In this document: one piece after another, positions 23,100 to 36,479 of the stretch
Position numbering within the stretch: the stretch's first letter is position 1
Layout of the letters: the number at the start of each line of letters is the position of its first letter
Assembly: GCF_964194025.1 (NCBI RefSeq)
Contig: NC_134479.1
Coordinates: forward strand, 23,870,001 to 23,934,000
Length of the DNA stretch: 64,000 nt
Direction: 5' to 3'
Source: Convolutriloba macropyga
Lineage: Eukaryota
Program-made: the position numbers and the translations under genes
Notes under the pieces: model-generated
Told to the model about the DNA's origin: nothing
What the model saw: the letters and a program-made list of their open reading frames with translations, nothing else
Database searches by the model: none

Positions 23100-26060
23100 G
23101 TGAAAAGTTGAATTCCTGTGGAGAGATTACTGATATAAAAAAATGTACAAAAAATGGTCCAGAACAGAGCCCTGTCGTACGCCACAAGCTATTTGCTTTT
23201 CTGTTGCTTTTTTCTTGCTGCATTTACAAAACATTTGCGCCCCGTTTAGCCCTTTTATTGGACATCCAAATCTATATTTTTCTAGTTTTACTAACAACGC
23301 ATCATAATCTATTGTATCAAAAGCTGTGTTTAAGTCGATAATACTAGATTGTCCTTTTGTTTTGGTAAAAAATGCCGTTCGAATTGTATCTCTTTTGTTA
23401 CATCAGAGTTTTTTTTACAATTTTTAAAAAATCTAGAAAAAATGCTCTCCAGCAAACAATAAATAATAAACGGCTTTTGCACGATAACACTCAATAAAGG
23501 GGGAGACCAATACTTCAAAATTTTGCCTGCGATTCAAGCATTACCAGTACTTCCATTTTTTTCATTTTCGTCCTGAAATTTTTAGCCTCTGATCTATTTG
23601 TTTGATGAACTACTATCGTTATTTTTTATCTTTGCAGATGTTTTAGCTGTTTTTCTTTATAATATATTTTCAGCAAATTTTGGACATATTCAAACAAGGT
23701 AATCGTTCAGGTCATCAAAATTTGGTAAATCGATGGTATTGCCCTTTTTTGCGAGTTTTAGGGTCGAAGAAACCATTTTTGGTTTCAATATCTCGCCTAG
23801 TTTTCTGAAATCATCGGTTGTTTTCTTTCAAATAAGTTACTTTGTTCCCCACTTGTTTATGGCCGGTCTTAATCTCTATAGCAGACTCTGCTATCCATTT
23901 TTGAAAGAATTTCTCTATCTCTACAAAAGCGTTTTCAATTTCATTTGTGATTCAGCAAGCAAATATAGAAGCATTAGTTTTTCTGAAAGTCATTTCAGGC
24001 TTAAATTTGACAAAATTTCCACAAATATTTTAATCAGTGTAATTATAAAACAATAAGCATTGCAATTGTTGGAAATTTTTTGATATTCTGGTCTAACACA
24101 ACCAAAAATATAGAGTTCTGAGCAGATTATTTCTCAGTTATTATGCATGAGTACTGAAAGTTGAAAGCTTTTAATTTTTGTGTTTGAAATGGAAGACGAT
24201 TGTTGTACTCGGAATTCAAAGTACTTGAAAACGTTCTCAAACTTTTTGTAGTTTTTTCTCTATGTGAAATATCCTTTTTGGAATCTTCATTGATTAAACT
24301 TTCCTGTTTTGATAATTATAAAAAATATAAAACCCTTTCAAGGTTTGATTCAAATTCAGTCAGTTTCTGTAAGGGAGGTCTACTAATGACACCAAAACAC
24401 TTCTAACATTTTTTCATCGTTTTTCACATGTAACATAAGCATTCAGTTTCTGTAATTGCGTCATGTATTGTAAATTGAACCTCCTTTGATTAAACGTTCC
24501 CATGGCTTTGATCGAAAATCAGTCAACTTCAGTGACGGGAGTCTAATAATGACACACAAAATATGCTAACACTTTTTCATCGACTTTCACAAGTAATATT
24601 AGCTTTCAGTTTCCGTATTTGCGTCCGATATTGTAAAACCAATCTCCTTTGATTAAATTTTCTTTTTTATCTAGGAACTTTCTTTTCCAGAAAAAATAGA
24701 ACGCTTTATAGAATTGATTCAAAATCAGTAAACTTCAATGACGGAAGTTTATTAATGACACAGAAAAATTGCCAATATTCTTTCATCGTTTTTTACATGT
24801 AATATAAGCATTCATTTTCTGTATTTGGGTCGTGTATTGTAAATTGAAGAAATTCTCTAATGCAGAAAAGCTACCCCGACCAATAATTGCTCAGCCCATT
24901 TCCTCAATTTTTACACTAATGTCTGAAAACGAGGTAGATCATTGTTGTCAGGTTGGTCACTTCAACGTCTCAGATAAAACAAAAGCATCAGGTTTTTGTT
25001 CTAATGTATCAAAGAAACCTATTAGGTCAGCATGTTTGATTCTAAAGCCTGAATATTCAATCCCATGAGGGTATGGCTTTTGTTATTAGTGAGGCAATCA
25101 ATGGTGTTTGCAGAGTATATAGAGTTCTGTTCACTCTTCAGATTTATCGAGAACTTAGTGTTTTCATTGTTCAAGTTTGCATTCTCTGACGGCGGATATT
25201 ATTTTTCAAACAGTAAATTGAATCCTTTCTCAGTTCAGCAGCATAAGTTGTCCAGTTTGTCTAGTTTTTGTGTACCAAATTGCCCAAAGAAATTTTTTGA
25301 GGTGATTCAAATGTCATCTGCCGATTTCGTTTCAATGGTTTTTTTTTAATTTACGCAATGATCTACTGTCAGGGTCTCTAATGTTTCCATAGCCCATTCT
25401 GCTTTAGTGTTACTATTAACACCCAAATGGAATTCTATTGATGGCAACTGTCCACTTGATACCAAGTTATATCGTTTTCTGGAAAATTACCTCGTTTTGG
25501 GAAATTTTTTTGTGCTTGTGAGAAAATTTTGTTTCCTCTCTGCAATAGATATACAAATGTCTATAAATCTCCGCTAGAATTTCGTTTAAGTGAATTTTTG
25601 CCGCTTAAAATGAGTCAAAAAACAAATTGTCATTATACCTCACTGAATCACTGAAGGTTCTCAACATCGAGTTGTCTGATGATCATATGGAAATTTAACG
25701 GTTACTGATTTTCGTTTACCTTTTCCCTGTAGGCAATGAGAGCCCGCAATGTCATAAGATTTTATTGGAGTTTGTACTGACCTGATCAGTTTCATTAGTT
25801 TCAAAATCTTGTGTCCCGGGTAATCACCTCCAATCTCTACCACATGAAATGTCAAACACGTGAAAGATGAGTAACGTTCCAACTTAGTAACTCTTTCTGC
25901 AGGCTCTTCCTTTTCGGTCCTCAGTTAATCACAACCTCTACATATTTAGTTGGTTTCTTCCCTATAATAATTAATTTCTTTCACGATATCCAGAAAAAAG
26001 TTACGCATTGAACTTGCATCGTTAGTATCAATTGAGTTTTTTCTCGTACAGCGCCATGTT
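23100..26060 (-). mobile_element. near full-length degenerate non-LTR retrotransposon (CR1/L2-like): ORF1 + APE + RT
   Basis: Minus strand, in order: ORF1 KLERYSS...DIAGSH.L...KSVTVKF and KIHLNEIL (RRM-type ORF1 motifs); endonuclease LMGLNIQAL / KPDAFVLSETL / GVAF (~25070-24865); RT IIDLNTAFDTIDYDALLVKLEKYRF (~23340-23265) and CGVRQGSVL (~23185-23158). Confidence 0.85.
24285..24850. repeat. 3x tandem duplication inside the LINE endonuclease region
   Basis: Anchor taatgacac...tttcatcg...gtaa.at.agc at ~24384, 24547 and 24753. Confidence 0.85.
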
Positions 26061-26324
26061 TAAGCAGAATGCAAGCAAAATTCTATTACGTAATGCTGTG
26101 AAAATAAATCGACCGTTTGTTAGCTTTTCTTTTGCTCTCTGGAATCATTTGGTGAGTGGCAGCAAGCGCTTACCCATTCATATGTAGATTCTTTCAACCT
26201 GATGTCTGCTGGTTACAGACAATCAATATAGAATGAGTATGGGTAAAAATATTACACAAAAACGATAGCTTATTTCTGGACTGAGAATACATATAATCTT
26301 TACTCCAAAAGACTGGGTTCAAAA

Positions 26325-27510
26325 TTGACGCAATTCGATGAATCTGCGCAGCTGTATTTTTTCTTTTCCTTTGGCATTTAGGGTGACCTCAAAAAAAAGT
26401 GTGAGTCTGTTTTCAAAATTTAGGAGAGGTAGACTCTTTGTTTCACCTAATATTTTACCTCTCCGAATTTTTCAGAAAAAGTATTGGAAAAAATCAGTTT
26501 TTTGGGCCACATTTTCTTGTTTTTTATGATTGCTGGATCCGGGAGAAACTCTTTGTTGTCTGTCCTCCGAAAGTATTGCTTCCACATCATTGATAATAAC
26601 CTAAAATATGTGTCTATAAAAAAAGCTCATATTGCTGCATAATTAGCCACCAGAGAATTGGCCACCAGATTATGGGTCTCCTTGTTCTGAGTGGCGAGAC
26701 AAAAAAGTAATTTATAAAAAAATTAATTGAAATTTGATGAGTTTACGAAGCTACATTTTTCCCCTCAACATTCAAGGTGATCTCAAAAATTTGAGTGAGT
26801 CTACTTTCGAAATTGTTGCTCAAATTAATAATTTGTCAGAAAAAGTATTGGAAAATATCTGAATTTTTCGGGCCTTATATTTGTATGTTTTTTTGTGATT
26901 GTTGGATCCGTTAGATATATGTTGAATTCAAAATGTGCAAAGATTATTTTTTATTCAAAATTAGCTTCTGGTTCTCTGTCCTCCAAAAGTATTTTTACCA
27001 CATCATTGTTCATACCTAAAATCTGTGTTTATGATATAACTTCATATTGCTACAGAATTGGCCACCAGATAATGTGTCTCCTTGCGCTTGCGAGAGAAAA
27101 AATGGCTCAGCAAAAAAGATGCTGCAAAATTTGATGAATCTGCGCAGCTCCATTTTATTTTTCTCCTCGGTATTTGAGGTGATTGCAAAAAATACGGTGA
27201 GTACATTTTCAAAATTGTTGCTTCACCTGATAACTTAGCTCCCTGAATTTCCCAGCAAAAATATTGGAAAAATCAGAACACTTCGGGCCACATTTATGTT
27301 TGGTTTTTATTTCAATCTATGGATCCAGTAGAGACCCCTGTTTAATTGAAATTGCGCAAAAACTAATTTTTATTCAAGATTCGCCTCTTTGTTGTCTGTC
27401 TTCCAAAAGTATTGTTATGAAAAAGTATTATAAGCATTGTTCATACCTAAAATATGTGTTTATAAAAAAAACTTTTTATTGCTACATAATTAGCCACCAG
27501 ATGAGGTTTT
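26325..27510. repeat. 3x ~398 bp tandem repeat
   Basis: gatgaatctgcgcagct (or variant) at 26337, 26737 and 27133. aattagccaccagat-type motif recurs in each unit. Confidence 0.9.
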
Positions 27511-28027
27511 TGAGTTGCTTATAGGAAAACGCTTTTATTCGACATGGCGAGCAATGACAACGGACAATTGTGAGAGAGGACAGGAAGTTATTTTTTCCCA
27601 TTTCAGTGATCTTTACTTCGAGAGTTTCTTTAAATATTTTCTAATAAATTTATAAATTCATGAAACTGTGGCTTTGTGGCCATGTAATCAAAATAAGCCA
27701 TTACAACAAGTGCTCTTGTGATTTGCGTATAGGTGAATTCATAATGGATACTATTAAGACTTCGTCTATACAACAGCCATTATTAGTGAGAATTGATTGC
27801 GCTTAGAGCTGTATTTTGTCATAACTTTGAGGTATGGAAAATCAAGTATTAGATGAAATAGGAAATAGCAACGGTGCGCAACTTCAGTAGGGACTTTTTA
27901 TATATTTGCCTTTTTTGGAGCACAACTGGTCTAATTCTTTCCCAATTTTATCCACAATCACTGAAAAAGTTCAAATCGTTCTTCGGTCCAAACTGTGAAT
28001 TGATTTGTGTTCACTGTCGTCACTGAT

Positions 28028-28097
28028 TGAAATACTGATAAATTTTCATTTCAAACGTGATATATCTTGTTTGAAATGAAAATTTAGCAGTATTTCA
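28028..28097. repeat. 70 bp near-perfect palindrome centred on GATATATC
   Basis: tgaaatactg.taaattttcatttcaaac / gtttgaaatgaaaattta.cagtatttca. Confidence 0.9.
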
Positions 28098-28769
28098 TCA
28101 AATGACGAAATCGAACACGAACCAATTGACCAAAATGCGAAACATTTCAAGCCTTTTAAATCGATTCAAAGAGGAAAAAGAAATTTCGTTTTCCATAGAT
28201 CTGAAAAAGTTCTTTGCTCGTAATTTCTGCTCAATTTTATGCCGACTAGCTTTAGGTTTATTTGAACTAAATAAGCAGATGGTTCACAACACACATTTCG
28301 AGAGGAAATCATTTTAATCCTTTGATATCAAAACTAGATTGTTAAAAATTGCCGCTTTCGACAATCAACGGCGACATTTGGATTAAGCTTTCAAGTTTGT
28401 GCGAAGAATTGGCCAACTCAATAAAAAGAAGTTCAGCAACTGTTGAAAAAAATCGTCAACCATATTTAAGCAAGATTTTTAATTTTTAAATCTGAGTGTT
28501 AAGCGTTATTTGAACTTTATAAGTTATTCGTTCAACCTTTACAAAGTTGAAAATGATTTTGAGTTGTCTCAATGTACTATTGTCTCTAGCGTTCAAATTT
28601 GGTGAGGCAAGCCTATGTGAGAACATCAAATTATCTCAAGCACTAAAATCAATATAGGAGATAATGAATACAAAACATTCATTATCGCCTATATTGCAAG
28701 CAGTAAGTAAAAATACAAAACATAAGAAAAAAAGCAGCAAATAAATATATAAAACTTTCTATCAGATCC

Positions 28770-29520
28770 AGTTGAACTCACAAAAGAAGTTTCTCAAGGA
28801 ACGATCCTTGGTCCACTGCTGTTCAATTTATTCAAAAATGACAGGCATAAATACCTTGACAACGAAACAGAACATTCATCATGCATATGACACAATCGTT
28901 CTCACATCTAATACCTCAATCGAAGATGGCAAAAAAATTTTGGAAAGGGAAACACAAAAATCAACTACTTTTTTCCAATCAAAGGAGTAAAGTCTCAATG
29001 CCTCGAAAACAGAATTCATAGTCTTTAACAAAACAAACCGACCTACCAATACACATATGGTTGTTAATAATGTAGTCATTGATGAAAAAAGGCAATCAAA
29101 TACTTAGGCGTCCACAGTGACAGATGAGTAACTTTCCAAGAAGAGACAAACCACATGCTAAAAAATGGCTGCCGGTATTAAGACTATATATACAATAAGA
29201 AGAACAATTCCAGATATTATGAAAAAAACTCATTCTCAACGCATTATTTTCGAGTCACATTCGTTATTCAACAAATAGCATTCAGTCTATCAACCAAAAT
29301 CTTATTTTATCACTTGACAGACAACTTAGCGGGGTAGTTAAAGCTAGCTTCTTTAGAAAATTGTTCGAGTCTTATAAAGATATTAAATTAAAACATAAAA
29401 TTCTACCTGTGCAATAGTTTTTGAAATTAAAGCGAAAAAATTACTTCTGAACAAACCAACCAACTGCCTGCATTTGATGAAAGCAGGGGCCGTGAATAAC
29501 GAAAATTACAAATATTCAAA
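28770..29520 (+). mobile_element. 5'-truncated decayed LINE RT (CR1/L2-like)
   Basis: VSQGTILGPLLFNLFKND, HAYDT (YADDT-like), LNASKTEFIVF, KYLGVH, RQLSGVVKASFFRK. Confidence 0.85.
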
Positions 29521-29529
29521 AAACAAATC

Positions 29530-30500
29530 TTAGATCATATATTTGAGGAACTTAAAAGAGACCGTTGCATGCAGTTGTGGGATTGTTTGTCTTAGAAACA
29601 CGTGAGGTTCAAAAACCAATATTTCTTGGTTTCCAAATTGAATAAATAAAACTTTTTCAGTAAGTATTTTCCCATTATTATTAAAACTTTTGCACTGCCA
29701 TTTTGTTTTGCGGAATCTACTCATCTGTTTTTTGCAAAGCAGTCATGGATTGAATTCAGTGATCTTTTTTAATGCACCTTGGCGCATTACACAGATAAAG
29801 TTTCACAAAATTGTAACAAATTAAAACTTCCTGCTAAATGCTCGACTTCTTTTCACTATCCAAAGAAATTAAAGGCAAAAATGCCAGTTTTGCCTGACAA
29901 CTCATTTGAGAAAACAATAAGAGACTTCCTCTCAGCATTCTTCAGTCAAACAAAATTTTTTAATTTGCTTTCATTTTTTGGGACATAAAATCAATATTTA
30001 TCACCATGAATAGAAAATCAAAAACCATGCGCAGGTTTTGAGAAAAAGAAACTAAGGTTAGTAATAAGGTGGATCGATATGCACGGGTTGAAGACCCCAT
30101 GTATTAAAATAGGGTATAGCGAGCTCCTCAAGTGAGGGCCTTTCTTAATGATTAAAGATGGGGTTTCCAGTTTGCATACATTAATATTGGGTATCGCCAA
30201 CTCCATTTGAAAGGGAGGGTGTGACTGGTTCTATGTAAAAGGATTATTTGTAGTCTTCAACATGTTATAAGATTTTGTATCCTGGTTCAATATGTTTTAG
30301 GAATAGAATTAGTTTATCTCATATTTTATCAGTAGAGCTGTTCAGATGTATAAAGATAGGGTATAGTTAACCTTGTTTATTATGACAGAAAATTTGTTTC
30401 TGCTTGTTATTGGACTAGTACTACTGTCCTGCATGCAAATTGTCTAGATATGTATATTGAACTGACTAATGAGTCAATTGTGTGATTTGACAGTGTTTGT
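29530..30500 (-). mobile_element. decayed LINE 5'/endonuclease remnant (tentative)
   Basis: Minus strand catggtgataaatattgattt (HGDxNID-like) near 30000 and a DH remnant near 29760. Confidence 0.3.
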
Positions 30501-31869
30501 GCTTTTCTTTCAAAAACTTCGGAATTTTTTAAAGAAGTTGAACTTTAAAGGTACCAAGAAAAAGTGAATAAAAAATACATGAAATTTATAATGTAGTATT
30601 ACAAAAAGTGGACAAGAGTTGGTTTTGTTTAACTAGAGAAGACTATGGGAATTCAGGAAAAAAAAGGTACATTAAAACGGTACATTGGAATTTCATTACT
30701 TGAAAACTTTTGACTGCCCAAATAATTACTCCTGAATCTTAAAACTTGCACATCATAGATTTTGTGCAGATTTGTTTGAAAAAAAAATGATTTTGAAGCA
30801 AAAATTCTATACAACCCACATAAAATAGCCTGTTCGTGAAGTGCGCTTTCTATCATTATTCATACTCTTCCTTGAACAATATTTATTTTTTGAGCCAGAG
30901 ACCAAGCATCTCAATAGTTTGGCGTGAGTCGAGCAATCATAATCCAATGCCTTCCAGCTTCATTGCTTGGAGAAATATTAATGATTGCAGAGCTAATTAC
31001 GGCTACAACTACGATAAAATCTGCGAAAGTGGTCCAATATAAAGGAATTTCAGCTCTGCAAGTCGTTCAATAAACAATCTCAGGGGAGATTTTTTTCGCA
31101 GCAATAAAAATTTCTGTACTTGAATTCGCAAGCTTCGATAATGCACGTTTTCTAACAGCAAAAGTTATGATTGAATTATTCGTTTTCTTCAACAAATGCT
31201 ACAATCACTGTGCCCTTCACGTTGTTCAATAAAAACTTTGTTTTATGGTTTGCCATCAGAATCGGTATAAGTAAGAAAATGAGTATAATAAAAAGTAACC
31301 CAAAAAAGGTAAGGAATATAAACAATTAAATTTGAATAGTTATCCGCCATTTTTTTTTATTTTTGAAACTATTTGTTGTAAGGAAGGACAGCTGGGAGTC
31401 GACAATGTTAAACAAAGCAAAACATGTTAAAAATTTTAAGCAACCGTTCGAAACAATTCACTTTTGGTTAAGGATTTTTTGTTCCCCTAGAACAATTAAC
31501 TCTTTCGCTTTTCTTAGCGTGTGGATGGAAAACAATTCCAATCTATTAATTTCACGACTTCAGTATAGGAAAATTTTCTCCAGCTTTTAAAAATATTATA
31601 TGTCTTTTGTTTTTCTGAATTTAAAAACCAACATTCTGAGCCAATATAGTATTTTTTGTAGGTACAAATAGCCTGACACAATCAGAAAGAGCAAGCCAAT
31701 GGATCAGAAGGGTAAGTTATACTTTCACCTAATACATAAAGCTAAAATAGAGCTGAGTAATGCAGCGGCCGGTTCTCGGCTGCCCTTTTCTCATTACCCA
31801 AATTTGAGACTGTTCTTTCATGCGCGACATTGCTATTTTTTTATGACAATGACCACTCTTTATTGCCTG

Positions 31870-31949
31870 AAACTTTCACGAAGTACAATCATTGCAGCCA
31901 ATGCTGGTTAACCAATCTTGGTTGCAATGATTGTACTTCGTAAAAGTTT
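31870..31949. repeat. 80 bp palindrome centred on GGTTAACC
   Basis: aaacttt.acgaagtacaatcattgca.ccaa...tggttaacca...ttgg.tgcaatgattgtacttcgt.aaagttt. Confidence 0.9.
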
Positions 31950-32014
31950 ACTTACTTCCATGATGTTTTTTGTGAATTTAAACCAGATTCAATAAACGTT
32001 GGAAAACAAATTTT

Positions 32015-32260
32015 TGTAAGAAGTGCGGTGAATTTTGCAGTGAATTTTTGAAAGAGTTGCCTTTAATTTTGAATTTTTTTTTCACCGCAATAATTTTTCT
32101 TACATTAATTTGCTATAAAAGTTGAGCAGGTAAATTTTCGGAAAGAAATGCGGTGAATTTCGCGGTGACTTTTTGTAATGTGTGCGGTGAGTAACTTTCA
32201 TTTTTCTTGTGTGATCAATGTCATATTAGTGGCTTTTGTAAACGATATGAAAAATTGCTT
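32015..32260. repeat. GCGGTGAA-family fragment; its 3' part is duplicated at ~32600-32700
   Basis: gcggtgaa/ttcaccgc motifs as in 53027-54559. gatcaatgtcatat.agtggcttttgtaaa occurs twice. Confidence 0.7.
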
Positions 32261-34724
32261 AGTTTTGTGAACTACATTTGGTATTGTCTTACAAATATCT
32301 CAAATCTTTGTTTTAATTGTTTTTATTAGCTCAAACTTCAGTAATCGTATTTCACGTTTCAATTATAGAAACTTCACTTGAGTTTTGTTGATACTCTAAT
32401 CGCTAATGCTGTCTAGCGTTGGAAACTGAATAAGAATTCAGAGGTAACCAAGAAACTTACGCTTCTTATAAATGGAAGCATAAGCTGTCTTTTCAACTTA
32501 TAAATGAACGCAAAATTTGTGATAATAGGTTTTCGTTGTCTAGTGGGTATTGAAGCCGGTTTTCACAATTTAGTGATTTCTAAAGAAATGTTTTGTTTAG
32601 ATGTGGGGTGAGTAGTTTTCATTTTTCTCATCAGGTTGATTAATTTATGTTGTGCGATCAATGTCATATCAGTGGCTTTTGTAAATGATCTGAAATGAGT
32701 TGCACAAATTTCATCCCAGAATGTTTGGATCTCTTCCGTTAGTGCATCCCAGATTGTTGATTGCGCGTTATTTGAACCCTGAATGAGAACTCAAATTTTC
32801 ACACAATGATTTGCTTTATAATGACATGCGTTCTATAGCTCGATAAGATTTGGCGGGCAACAACGGAAATGAAATATCTCAAAAAATTTTAGAAGGTAAT
32901 TTCGCTTCCAGTTTGCAGAGGAACTCACCATAAATATTGCAAAACTAACTAAGAAGCCTTTCATACTGTCCTATACATATCAAGCACTTTGATTTCACAA
33001 AATTACATTTTCGGCTACAAAAATGTTATCTTTCAATTCGGCAAATATGTTTCGAATTTAAGAGAAATTCGTTACAAACTTTTCTGACTGCTTGCTGGTA
33101 TTCATTGATTTGCTAAACTTTTATCTTTCAAGGGATTTGGTCCAATTTTTTTATAACGGAGTCGGTTGTGAATTGAATGTTTTTAGGTGCTAAAGATGTG
33201 GATGGAGCCAAGTATCCTTTCTATGTACAGATTCGATACGAAAAGAAGTCTGTGAGCCGTTATGTAAGCAAGCAGTTCTTACTATCCTAGTAGTCACCTC
33301 ATTGAACAGTAGTATCAGAAAAAAGCAATAAAAAATTTGAAAAATAAATGGCTTTAGGCGATTCTATTGCAACATTATGCATACCCATTCCACTAAGCCT
33401 TGGGGCTCGTGCATTGCTGCACTAGGCTCCATTTATAATTCACGATTCTAGAGTTGGTTATACTGATTAATTGAACAGCAAAGGTAAGAAATTAAATGGA
33501 AAACAGTGAATTGAGCTGAGAAAACATGATAGAATAATCGGAGTAAGAATTGTCCAGGATGATGAGTGAGTTGAGCTTGAAAGGTTGATTTCATTTCACT
33601 ATACTCAGTTTTGCAACAAAGCTACCTTCAGCTATTTCGGGTTTATCCATCGTTGAGTAATGTATAATGATTGATTCATGCTCACTTTGTAATCATTTGG
33701 TACATTCCGGTCATCTCTTCGACTTTTTTGGTTAACCCACCCGGGTTGACCTTTCATGGGAACCACATCCAAAACCATATATGGATATGCAGGAAATACA
33801 AACATTTTTATATGTTTCTGCTAACGTTGCCAAAATTCCATTTATGACTCTTAAATGGTATCCAAAAATCTGGTTTGCACATTGAGCAAAAAAAAATTTT
33901 GAAAGTATTGCGCGAAAAATGCGCTGAACATAAGACTAAGTTACAATGTGTCTTTTTCGAACATTCGTCTGAAGTTTGAAAAAGAAATTCTTATTATTTT
34001 TGCAATAATTCCTAGGAATCTCTTTCCTCAGCAGTTTTGGGTAAAATCACCTAGAAAATAGAAATGGCCACTGAGAGAGGTACAAGTTTTGTTTGATAAT
34101 CATGAAAAAAAATTTATTGGTTGTCGGTATATGGTTATAGATAGCAAAGTGAATCCAGACTAGTAAAAAAAAGAATCATTTCCTTTTAAGCCGTTTCGGA
34201 CACATAAAACCCGTTCATTCCTTCCTTACTAGAATAGAAGTGCGACAACACCGAAAATATGACAAAGCATAAACATCTCGACAAAATAGGATCAAACTTC
34301 TAATTTGTTTTGTTCTTTAGGACAACAAAGCTCCAAGTGCATCCACTAATTATAGGAAAATTTCTGCCCAATCTCAGTCTGTGAAATTGGTAGATTAGAT
34401 AGACTGGGACATACGTAGACTGCAAGTTATCGGGATATAACAGGGGAGATAAAGTCGTGATTATCAACCTCACGTGAACACAATTTTGTGACACGCATTT
34501 ATTTTATTTTCAACTTCGTTCAAACACCGCGTGATACCACTCAGGGGGATTGAGACCACAGATAGACCTTTATTACAATATCTTGTATTATTTTGCACAA
34601 AACTGCATCTATAGTTATGAGTTTATGATCAAGAACTCACTCACTACACTTGAAATATTCGGCTTTCAATTGTGTTTTATGGCCTTCTGCTCTGTACCCA
34701 TTCGGTTGTACCGGGGTCTTCTAC

Positions 34725-35472
34725 TATTACATCGTTCTACCCCCCCCCCATTACCCCTACTCTTACATCGCTTCACCCCCCTCCACCCCCTTAGTCCTCA
34801 ACGCAAGAGTATGGGGTAAAACGCTGTAAGAGTAGGGGGTAATTGGGGGTAAAACGATGGAAGAGTTAGCGTAAAAGATGTAATACGCTGTAGGAGTAGG
34901 GGTAATGGGCGGTAAAACGACGCAACAATAGGCGTAATGGGGGGTAAAAATATGTAAGAGTAGGGGGTAGGGGGTTAAACGAAGTAAAAATAGGGGGTTA
35001 ATGGGGGTAAAACGAAGCGGAAGTGGGGGTATGGGGGTATACTAAAATCAGTTGAATCATATGTTATCTGAGTCATTGCCTGCTGAGGAATTAATCCTTA
35101 AATTGATCAACCGTCCAATTTGACAAAAGTGATGAGCGATAATATGACACTGAACAAAACGTAAGACTTTATTGTTTTATCCCCACCCCCCCCCCCCCCC
35201 CCAATTAAATTAGCCCCATAATGTTACATCGTTTTATCCCGCCCCCTTAAAATTACCCCCTTATCTTATTTTGGTGGATAATTTTTTGGGGATAAAACCT
35301 AAAAATTCCCCCCATTACCTCCATTACCCCTCTAATCGGATATTTTCCGTGGCCGCATAATGTACGGTGGGGCACAAACGCAAAAGATCCCCCTAATCTT
35401 ACATCGTTTTACCCACCATAGACAATTACCCCCTACTTATACATCAGTTTGAAGGTAATCAGGGGGTAATTT
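34725..35472. repeat. G/C-tract-rich repeat element, ~32 bp unit gtaagagtagggggtaatgggggtaaaacgat in both orientations
   Basis: C-rich copies at 34728-34795, G-rich tandem at 34805-35040, C-rich again at 35170-35440. Homologous to 20645-20990. Confidence 0.8.
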
Positions 35473-35564
35473 TGTCAGAAGTAACACACGAGACAAACCG
35501 GGTTTAAACCTTGACTGATAAAAACCATGCTCGACTAAAAAAGCGTTCAAAGAGTCTGGGCTTG

Positions 35565-35790
35565 GTTCAAATACCCGAAGAAATGACTTCGGCCTGAATT
35601 TGTCGATCAGGTAGACTTGAGCTCAAAATTTGTTTTGCACTCGACTATTTCGCGACCCAATTTGTAATGCCCAACTTTCGCACAACTCAAAACATTGAGT
35701 ATCAAAAATTGGATTCATCTATTGATAGTTTTTGTTCAGGTCATTTTGCCTCAAATATTTACGGGCAATTTTTTTGATCACTACTGCTTA
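35565..35790 (+). repeat. dispersed repeat, second copy at ~43480-43710
   Basis: caaataccc...aaatgactt...tgaatttgtc.atcaggtagac...caaaaatt.gat.ca.ctattg shared by both copies. Confidence 0.75.
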
Positions 35791-36479
35791 TAAATTCGTC
35801 AACAAGCTTGCGTCTTCACTTGTTTTAATTCAGAAGAAACTACTAATCAATCAAATGGCTGTGTTGTCTCTAAAGAAAGTGATTATGCGTAACTTTCGAA
35901 GAAAAAATAACTGAAAGGCCGCTTTCTCATTGTGATGATGCCGTTTTACTAAACCACATAGTCTCATTCAATGAAAAAATCTAGCCACATAGTGCAGCTA
36001 GACTGACTGACTGACCTAGGGCATTAAAACAGATTGCTTATTCTGATGGCCATTTTCCAATTTTTTAAATTGAACTGCTCTGGTGCTCTAATGTTGTTTG
36101 TGGATGCTCCCTTACTGAAGCGGTATGTACAGAAGAGGAACAGTTCTAATAAACGTTCCAACATTGCAAAAAAGACGATTTATGGAAAAACATTTGCTTG
36201 ACACTTGAAAACACCATGCTCAACCCTAAATCCTATGAAAATACCATTTACCATTCTTGACCCACAGTGCTCAATGAAAAATTTTAATTAGACCCATGAA
36301 AAGATTTTTCCCCGACTTTAAGTAAAAATTTCAACTAACTTGAAGTTAAAAATAGGCCCTGCTCAATAGATTTTTTTGTTTGTTTTCAAAAATCAACTCC
36401 AGGACCTAGAAAGTATGCTTGTGAAGTTCACTTCCGGACGCAATTTTTCTTTCTTTAGTAGAAAAAATTATATGAGAAT

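Noticed and set aside
34805-35040. Telomeric array
   Set aside because: The unit is ~32 bp and degenerate, not a tandem TTAGGG-type repeat.
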